Assembly: GCA_049999805.1 (NCBI GenBank)
Contig: JBNGIO010004408.1
Span: 1-33,575, forward strand
Direction: 5' to 3'
Length of the DNA stretch: 33,575 bases
Source of the DNA: Folioceros fuciformis
Lineage: Eukaryota
How positions within the stretch are numbered: position 1 is the stretch's first letter; the number at the start of each line of letters is the position of its first letter. Shown here one piece after another: positions 25,053-33,575 of the stretch. The translations under genes were made by a program, and so were the position numbers. The notes beneath the pieces are model-generated. The model saw only the letters and a program-made list of their open reading frames with translations. It ran no database searches and was not told where the DNA came from.

Positions 25053-26180
25053 CGGTCAAGGCAGGCCCTGCTGAATTTCAGCTGCCTGCAGAGATCACTG
25101 TCCAGCAACACCGAAACTTAGATTCAAATTCCCGTCCGGAAGCAGAGGCTCCAGCTCCAACCGCGACTTGCTTCTCACGGAACAACCGTGACACACTGCA
25201 GTGCTTCCAGGACTACCGCTCCTCCGTCTGCTCTCAGCTTTGATTCCCTGAAAACGTTGCACAGATCCACACGCAGAACCTCAGATTGAATCCACGCCAC
25301 AGACGGGGTAACCAGCTACAATCGTGCAGTTACCGAGGCGGATAAGGTGGGAAAGCCGAAGCAAGAGCGCAGATCTCACACCGATACGAGCGGAATTTGC
25401 TTGTTGCATGTTGGATGAGGCACAGCCATGAATGTTCTCTTAACGGTGGGATCGGCTGCAGCAACTTTTAGCCTATTCTAGATTGGCAGTCCATTCTCGA
25501 TGTTGGTCTCTGGAGGGATTTGTAATTAGCTAATTTTTTAAGAAATTGATACTTCGAGTCTACACCCTGGAAACGACTATTACCTTCGAACTTTCATTTC
25601 AACGCTTCGGGCCGTAATGAGTGGACGGGTGTCATGGAAAGCCAAAGTGGAACGTGGCTACATATTAACGCTATGGTTATCAAGAACTTTTTTTACACAA
25701 ACTTTTAAAACACAACAAAGAAGAAGTTCACATGTTAAAACACTTTGTCCCCGTCGTCATGGTTTCCTAACAGGAAGCATGCGAAACAAGCTTAATGGTC
25801 TTCCGAATCAATAGGAGCGCCCTCATGCTCTCCGGCCGGGATGAAGCAGCCTCAGAAACTATCAGGTACTTGGAAATGGTAAACCAGCCTTTGGTATCCC
25901 TTTCGTATCCTGCAGGACCTGCGCCTGCGAGACGCGAACCGCATCCCAGCGAGTTCCAAACTGAATTGAAGGCACGACAAAGCATCTCACGTCTAGGGCG
26001 ACCAGCTGCACATCCACCCGAACCAGCTTGTGGACATAAGTCTTGGAACTCGAGGACCCCTGGAGAACGGGAAGTCGGACGGCCTGCTTATTTTGCCTGT
26101 TATCCCACCAAATTATGATCACCAAAGTACTTACACACCAAACGATATCAAAGGAGGTGAATCCAGCCAAGGATCCGCAC

Positions 26181-26777
26181 TTATTGTGGGTAGGCATCAC
26201 CGTTGCCATGTTCGATCGTAGGTTGAAGCCAAGGCTGGAGGATCCATAAGATTAAAGTGTAGTACGTTACACTGTACAACATCGTCAAGAATGAGGCAAT
26301 AGCTCCGGCAGTGAAAACTCCTTTCCTCAACGCGCTACAAACCACAGTTCCGACTTCGAATGATCCTTCCGTGTGCACAGCGTTCAAGCTTGAGGCTACA
26401 AGCAACAATGCCTCGGAAAGAAGAAAAGAAAACCACACGATGATGAGCGAACACCAGCCGACTGCTTGAGAGAGCTCGCCAAAAAAACTGTTGGAGTAGG
26501 GACCCCCACAGCAAAAGCATTTCGTCGCTTCTATGACCGCAAGATGGCCTAAGAGAAGAGAAATCATCGCTGCAATTCCGTATCCCGTCGCCTTATTTGT
26601 GTTGTATTTGCAATAGGTAAAATGTTCATCCGGCGAATAGTGAGTCTCATCTTCCGACAAAGTAGGCTTGCTTCTGTTCACTTCGCCCGCTATCGCCAGT
26701 CCAAATGCAATCATGTCCGCCACAACCACGAGCAGTAAGACCGTCCAATATCCATACCGCGATATTCGCACTGCCAT
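26181..26777 (-). CDS. DUF1218-family membrane protein, copy 2, 198 aa, intronless CDS
   Basis: ATG at 26777 (MAVRISRYG..., aligning with the copy 1 start). Motifs DMIAFGLAIAGEVNRSK, YCKY, TKCFCCG and CSALRKGVFTAGA. Confidence 0.9.
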   Translation of the reverse strand: MAVRISRYGYWTVLLLVVVADMIAFGLAIAGEVNRSKPTLSEDETHYSPDEHFTYCKYNTNKATGYGIAAMISLLLGHLAVIEATKCFCCGGPYSNSFFGELSQAVGWCSLIIVWFSFLLSEALLLVASSLNAVHTEGSFEVGTVVCSALRKGVFTAGAIASFLTMLYSVTYYTLILWILQPWLQPTIEHGNGDAYPQ

Positions 26778-27575
26778 TGGTGAAGGCCTGCTGCAGTTCC
26801 GCTGCCTGCAGGGAGCACTGTGCAGCAACTCCGAAACTTAGATTCAAATGGCCATACGTCCAGAAAAGGAGGCCCCAGATGCCAGCCGCGACTTGCTTCT
26901 CACTGAACAACTGTGGTGGACTGCAGTGCTGTCAGGACTACTACCGCTCCTAAATCCGCTCTCAATCTTTGATCCCGTGAGAACATTGCACACTCCGATC
27001 CACACGAAGAACGTCAAGTTGAATCCACGCCAGAGACAGAGTAACCAGCTGCAATCCCGCTAGCAATCACCGAGGCGGATAGGGCAAAAAGAATAGCCAA
27101 TGCGAGAGTGCAGATCTGAGCATGAGCAACTTCTCACGCCGAGACGAGCGGATCGATGCTTCTTGCATGTCGGGTGAGGGATAACGATTTGAAACGATGC
27201 CTGGACTCCAAACGGTGGAATCGGATGCAGCAACTTCTAGCGAATCCTAGATGGGTACCCCATTCTCGATGCCAGCCTCTTCCGGGATTTGCAATTAGGT
27301 TTTGAAGAAAGTGACCGATCAAGAGTATGCCCTGGAAAACATCCAAAGTTCCTTGACGGAAATGGAAATCCATCCTACATTGGCTTTGATTAAATTCTTG
27401 TTCTTCTTCTTGGTTCCTAAGTAAATATTTTCACTAAAAAAAAGTCTCTTAATAAATAAAGAAAACCTTTAGACTATCTTAAAAAATATGTAAATACCCA
27501 ACGAAGTAGACAAGCAAGCCTCTATCATCTTTTGTTTTTAGATACAAGTTAACATCATGTGGACCAACCAGGTTT

Positions 27576-27667
27576 TTTGAGCAAAGCAGATTTTGTGTCC
27601 TAAGGCTAGAATGAAATCGGGTTTGAGCGAAGCAGATTTTGTGTCCTAAGACTAGAACGAAATCGGG
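27576..27667. repeat. 46-bp direct tandem duplication
   Basis: tttgagcaaagcagattttgtgtcctaaggctagaatgaaatcggg followed by tttgagcgaagcagattttgtgtcctaagactagaacgaaatcggg. Confidence 0.9.
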
Positions 27668-28326
27668 CAAGTGGCGATATAGAGTACGCAGCCTACCTAC
27701 AAGTGTGGTACCCTCCTCCACCTAGTATGTTAAGTGCTTCACATTTCATGGGTGAGGATCGCAGTGCTGAATAATGAGTAGACCAGTGTCATGGGACGCC
27801 AAAACGGAATGTGGTTGCACTCTAACATTCAAGTCATCAGACACTTTTTATATAAAACAAAGAAAATGATCACATATTAGAACACACAATCCCCATTGTC
27901 ATAATTTGCCTACTAAGAAGCATGCAAAACAAGCTTAATGGCCTTTGGAACCAATAGGAGCACCATCAAGCTCTCTAAGATGAACTAGCCTCAAGGACTA
28001 TAAGCTACGAGGAAAATGACAAACCAACATTTGGTGTCTATTTCGTATCTCGCGAGATGTGCGAGACTCAAAATGCGTCCCAGCGGGTTCCAAATTGAAT
28101 TGGAGGCACGAAAAAGCATTTCATGTCTAGAGCAACTAGCTGCACATCCACGTGAACTACTTGTGGACATCATATTTGGAACTTGAGGACCCCTTGAGAT
28201 TGGGAAGCTGAATGAACAGCCTCCTTATTTTGCCTATTATCCCATCACATCGTGGTCACCATAGTACTTGGACACCAAACAATTGCAAAGAAGGTGAATC
28301 TAGCCAAGGATCCGCACTTTTTGTGA

Positions 28327-28667
28327 TTAGGCATGACCGTTGCAACCTTCCATCCTTAGGTTAGATGTATTACGTTGAAGCCAAGAATGAAGGATCTCTA
28401 AGACGAAATTGAAGTACCCTACACTGAACAACATTGTCAAGAATGAGGCTAAAGCTCCAGCACTGAAAATTCCTTTCTTCAACTCCTTACATTGCACAGT
28501 TCCAACCTCCGAGTTGAATGATCCTTTAGTCTGCACAATGTTTCTGTTTTAGTCGACAAGCAAAAATACCTCGGAAATAGGAAAACCATATAATGATAAG
28601 CCAACATGAGACAACCACTTCATATATCGTGCCATTTATATCGTTGTTGTAGGGATCCCTACAAAAT
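28327..28667 (-). pseudogene. DUF1218-family copy 3, 5'-truncated pseudogene
   Basis: CKELKKGIFSAGALASFLTM is retained. There is an in-frame TAA at 28551-28549 and a ~5-nt deletion near 28580 relative to copy 2. Homology stops at ~28667, about 100 bp before a copia LTR-like sequence. The 3' flank (27840-28326) aligns with 25690-26180. Confidence 0.88.
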
Positions 28668-28765
28668 TTTACGGACCATGGCAGAAGATGATTGATGCAA
28701 GATTAGATTGGATTAGCGATTCTTCATGTGGTACAAAATATTTTTAGTACAGGGCTCTGCCCGAA

Positions 28766-30480
28766 TGTTATGTGAGTAGTCACAGCTTGTTTGTAACGAT
28801 TCACTACATATCACTTCAGGTCCTAAAGCCTAGAAAATTATTCAAGTGAGCCCTAAGGGCTAGTGTGCTATTCATTTTAACACTCCCACTTAGCATCTTA
28901 TCCTTAGGCTATATATATATTTAAAACTTTGCTAAGTACTAAGGCTGATTTATGAGACTCTTCTTAGTCCCATATTCTTCATGTGTTCTTGATGCTTGAC
29001 GAAGCTAAGTGCTTTCATAAGCACATCCGCCGTCATTTGTTCTGTTGGACAATAGAGTATTATAAAGTTGCCTTCGTCGACTACTTGTCTTATAAAATCA
29101 AATTGTACTTCCACATGATTTATGCACACATGAAACTTTGGATTATATGTGAGTGCGATAGCACTTTGATTGTCACAATAGAGAAACCAAAGGATACTCT
29201 GGGTCTTTCCTAACTCCAAAAGTTGGAGAAAATGCCAAAGTTCATCCTTGCAAGCATGAGTTAAGGAGCAATATTATGCCTCGGTTAAGCTGAGTGTGAC
29301 TACTTGCAACCACTTACTACTCCAATGTGTGGCTATACCTCCAAGTACGTTTACAAAGCTGCTTGTTCTTTTTCTATTGTCAATATTGCCGGCCCAATTA
29401 GCATCACTAAAGCCTTCAAGATGTAGGGGCTCTCTTTGCTTAATATGCGATTAGTAAAGCAATCCTAGGTTCGAGGTTCCTCTTAGGTATTTAAAACTTT
29501 TCTTAACCACTTTCTAGTGAGCTTGAGTTGGAGCTGATAGGAATTGTGACAGGGTTCCCACTGAAGAGCATAGGTTTGGTCTAGTGCACACCACGAGGTA
29601 CATAAAACTACCTATGCCTGAAGAATAAGAAGAAGAAGTAGTGCTATGCCTGAAGAATAAGAAGGAGAAGTAGTGTATGAGGTGTTATATAGATGAACAT
29701 GAAGCTAACATCTAGCTTGAAATACCATTTCATAGCGCTTTGCTTAAGTCCATATAAGGACTTTAATAATAAGCAGGCATTATGTTTTATCTTATCCTTA
29801 ACATGTGTTCCTTCGGGAATAGATGGTGTGGTCAAGGTCTCCATATAGAAAAGTTGTCTTGACAGCAAGCTACATAAGCTCATAGTCATGGTGAGATGCT
29901 AAGACTAAGAGGATCTTGAGAGAGGTTATCTTACGAAAGTTTCATCGTAGTCAAAATTATATTTTTGAGAAAATCCCTTTGCTACTAGTCTAGCCTTGTA
30001 TCTTTCTATGCTACTGTCAACGTTTGACTTCATTTTAAAAGTCCACTTCGAACCTACTAGTTTTCTATCCTCAGGTAAAGTGGTTAAGGTCCAAGTCTTA
30101 TTAGCTTGTAGGGATTCTAGTTCTGACCTGATTGCTTGTTTCCAATAGTCCTTTTGTGGGTAGGTGATGGTCTCTTGGTAGCTAAGCAGGGATAAATTGG
30201 TCAATAGCTTTAGGGTTTATGGTTTAGCTTGTTCTTGAGAATGTATATATCCTTAAATCAGGTGAAGTCATCGATCAGTAATATGAAGTAGGTGTATATC
30301 ATAGTGTAAAGGCCTACATATATCATAGCGTAATAATTGAAGTCGCTTTGTTACTCTTGTGTTGGATGCCTTAAGAAAGGATGAGCAATGGGTTTTGCCA
30401 AGTGAATAAGCTTCACAAGTGCCAAATTCCTCTATGTTATTGAGGGTAATACCATGGACTGCTTGTGTTTTGATCATTTT
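28766..30480 (-). mobile_element. Degenerate, internally deleted Ty1/copia LTR retrotransposon
   Basis: GAG-pre-integrase/integrase start CEAYSLGKTH..F...LQLLRYDIC (30477-30268). RT: WKQAI.SELESLQANKTWTL..LP..RKLVGSKW.FK.K...RYKARLVAKGFSQ...DYDETF (30204-29926) and LLKSLYGLKQSA..WY (~29770-29720). RNase H: YCDNQSAIAL..NPKFH...H......FIR...YCPTEQM.AD.LMKAL (29219-28950). PPT TAAGTGGGAG at 28892-28883, then a candidate 117-bp 3' LTR at 28882-28766 bounded by tgtta...taaca. Many stops and frameshifts. Confidence 0.93.
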
Positions 30481-30588
30481 CTTTATTTTTTGGATAAGTT
30501 GTAAATGAGGTGTTATATAGTTTTCTTTTGGCCTCCTCAGTTAGCATTGCGCTAATTACTTTGTTAAGTCCTTGTAGGGATTGCTCTA

Positions 30589-31017
30589 ATGGAATAAATA
30601 ATCAATTAGGACACTATTCATTAGGTGCCCGTAAATCTTAGAATTAGGGATAATTTACTTCTAGGGTTTGAGACAGTTATTTATGCGGTTACACAAATAG
30701 TTAGTTGTTATATTTGTTACGACAACCTTGTAACGAATTTGTAACCGCTTGTGCTATAAGAGCACTTGCTCTGATACAATGATAAGAATCACAAATTGCT
30801 CTCTTGCACACAAGAACTTACATTATGGTGCTAAAGCAAGTGCTCTTATAACATAAACGATTACAAAGTCGTTACAAGGTTGTTATAACAAATATAATAA
30901 CTAACTACTTGCGTAACCGCATAAATAATTGTCTCAAACCCTAGAAGTAAATTATCCCTAATTCTAGGATTTACGGGCACCCTAATGAGTAGTGCCCTAA
31001 TTGATTATTTATTCCAT
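30589..31017. repeat. Long inverted repeat: ~182-bp arms (30589-30770, 30835-31017) with ~64-bp spacer, made of LTR-like units
   Basis: Left arm atggaataaataatcaattaggacact...ataagagcacttgct is the reverse complement, with scattered mismatches, of right arm agcaagtgctcttata...agtgccctaattgattatttattccat. The right arm abuts a minus-strand PPT-like TGAGTGGGAG|TG (31029-31018). Confidence 0.93.
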
Positions 31018-31248
31018 CACTCCCACTCACTACAAAATAAAGGGACGATAAATTTTAGGATAATATTGTAGCCTAAAACTATTTTATAATGAGCATATAT
31101 TATCCCCTCCTCCTCCTTTTTTTAGTTATATATATATATTAATACCTAAAAGAGATTGGATTTTCCTTTAGCTCCTTAGCTTTCTAGTTCAGGAAATCCT
31201 TAAGCAGACTTAACTTATTTTCCTAGCTTAATCTCATCCCAGTTCATA

Positions 31249-31443
31249 GTGAGTGGGAAGTGATAAAATATATACCTAATAGGACACTATATCTAGAATT
31301 AAATATTAATTAATTCTAGGGCATTAAGTAGTTCCTTTTATTTAGGTAGTTAGTTATTATAACTACTTTCTGGTTGTAACCATAAGGTAATTATAATCAT
31401 AAGATGTTATAATAACTACCTTTTTCGCATGCAGGAAATATCA
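31249..31443 (+). mobile_element. Possible diverged LTR preceded by a polypurine tract
   Basis: gtgagtgggaag|TGataaaatatatacctaataggacactat resembles the start of the inverted-repeat arms; candidate end ...atatCA at 31443. Confidence 0.4.
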
Positions 31444-33575
31444 TGGCTACACTAACCTAAGATTCGGGCAAGGTGGAGAAGAAAAGGGTTGCAAAGAGGT
31501 CTTTGTGATAGCAAAGTCATTAGGCATAAATTTTGTCATTCAGCTCGTAAAATATCTTGTAAAATATCCCTCGTAAAATATTTTGAATCCAAGCATAATG
31601 TAGAAGATTGTTATTACTTCGTTTAGAAACCTTTGCTCTCTATGGCTTCTTTGGAACTCTAGTTGAGTGGTAATTCCATGAGCACTTGCTTGAAGGCAGC
31701 GCGACCTTGTAAGTTTGACATTGTGCTAGTGCTTGATTATTTCAAGTGAATGTTTGGTGTAATGTTAGGTAGGCACCTTGGGCTTGCTCTGGTATTATCT
31801 AGTTGTATAAAGAAACAGGTTCTCGAGAACATGTTGGGCTGCAAGGTCTCTAGATTTATATCGTGAATATAAGTATTATTTATTAAAAGCAAATAGTTTA
31901 GAATTTGCAAAAGTTAAAAGCAAGCAAATCTAGATCGAATGGTTTGCATTGTTCTTTTAGGTAGTCTGAAATGCTAGCCTAATCTAGAGTTTTTAATTAG
32001 AAAATATATTTTCTAAAAGAACAAAAAATAAATCAACTGAATTGAACCATAAGAACCATATTTCAAGTTCCCCATGCAAAGTTCCGATGGAGTGGAGTGT
32101 ACGTGTACCCACCCGCTGAAGGCAATTACAGGAAAAGCAAGTTTGTATATAAAACCTTCTTTATCACTTTGCAAGCCTTTCTAGCCTCTCACCCACCAGA
32201 ATTCATGCGTTGTTGAGCAGCTTAAGGCGCAACTAGGTCTGTTCGGATCGTGAGACTGAGGCGCCCCATAGGGAGGGTGAAATTATTAGAATTGCATCTG
32301 TGAGGGGGAATTGCAGATTGGAGCCTAGCGCAATGGTTTGGCTCGATTCTTTTGCCCTCTGCAGGAGGGCTGAGACGCGGCCTCTCTAATAGGCGTGGGG
32401 CCCTACAACGCCTCCCTTTTCCACCCTACTCCTTAAAGTTCTTAGCCTTGGTGGTTACACATAATTTTCAGCAGGTTTTCAGCCTTGAGTGATCAACCCA
32501 GGTTCATTTGGGACGAGGATCACGGTGATTACCCCAATTTAGCTAGCCTACGGGTTCTTGAGGCAGTTGCACCCGTCTCTCACACACAATTCAAGTGATG
32601 GGAGCCTAGACTCTAGTGTGCAGGGCTCGATTCACGAACGCTCGCAATATGCAATTGCATTGTCGCCCAAGCAAGGAGGCGTGTCGCGGCACCGGAACGG
32701 TGCCCCAATGCCAAACCGTTGCACTTCATTTGGCACCACCGATATGAACTCGGTTTTTACGGGCACTGGTTCGGAACTGGTTTCCCTCCGCACCCTTTCA
32801 CAGCCAGTCTTCACCTCTGGCCTTCCTCTCTTTAGGGCCTCTGTTTTTTCCAAATAACTTAAGTTGTTGGTGGTTGCAAAATCAAGCTCATGGGCAATAT
32901 TTACCAAAGCTCTAGATCACATCAAAAGAGTAGGTTGCTATTTTCGACAAACTTTTTTTGGTGGCCGAAGATGGTTACGACAAGTTATGTTCGCTGAAGA
33001 CTAAACCTCTAGTAAATCTATTTGAATAAGAATTTGGTTAGTGTGCGTCAACGCCGTTTCTTTTGAGTAGGTCGAAGTCTACAAGACCAAGATTGGGTTG
33101 AGGAGCAACACCGGTTTTGCAAGTAGGTCCAAGCCTGCAAGATCAAAGTCCTGGTACTTGCAAATTGCTTTTGCTACCTTTGAAGATACATTTTTCTCTA
33201 ACGAGTGATCTAGTCGAAATATCATAATATTTTGACTGCTCGCTCTTACGTGAAAGCTCTTAAGGATAGATGCTCAACCACCACCAACACCAACAATCTT
33301 CAACATGATGAACGTCAGCTCTGACTTCAAGGAGAAGGATCACTTTGACGGCAAAAAATTCGAAGTATGGTCTCGTCGAATGAAGACTACTTAGAATACT
33401 CAGGATCTGCTCTCGATTGTCGAAGGTACCTGTGAAATTTACTAATGTGTAGAAAGAGCGGAAGCATGAATTAGAAAAGATTAAGAAGTACATAGCTTAG
33501 GGGTCCTTTTATAGAGGACTCGGGCACCCCTTCGTAGGGGTGCGACTGTTCGCTTAACGAGCCAGGGTTAGCCTA

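Overview
Eukaryotic land-plant nuclear DNA. The short introns, compact gene spacing and gene content suggest a lycophyte such as Selaginella, but that is inference. Left to right: (1) a heavily degraded, intron-containing pseudogene of an EGF-domain exostosin/GT47 glycosyltransferase (+, ~35-2288), followed by a possible decayed non-LTR retroelement; (2) a microsatellite-rich interval holding a candidate five-exon minus-strand small gene (~8210-9142) with an upstream ORF and two overlapping stop-free reading frames selected by alternative acceptors 19 nt apart, which is the most unusual signal here; (3) a WW-domain CFL1-like gene (+); (4) a complete 12-exon PP2A catalytic subunit gene (-, 313 aa); (5) a 7-exon, probably plastid-targeted, cofactor-dependent phosphoglycerate mutase (-, 359 aa); (6) a tandem triplet of intronless DUF1218 membrane-protein genes, two intact and the third pseudogenised next to a Ty1/copia remnant; (7) a ~430-bp inverted repeat built from LTR-like units, then further repeat-like DNA. 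Two assembly gaps lie at 331-430 and 5614-5713. All family assignments come from hand translation and remembered motifs; no database search was run.
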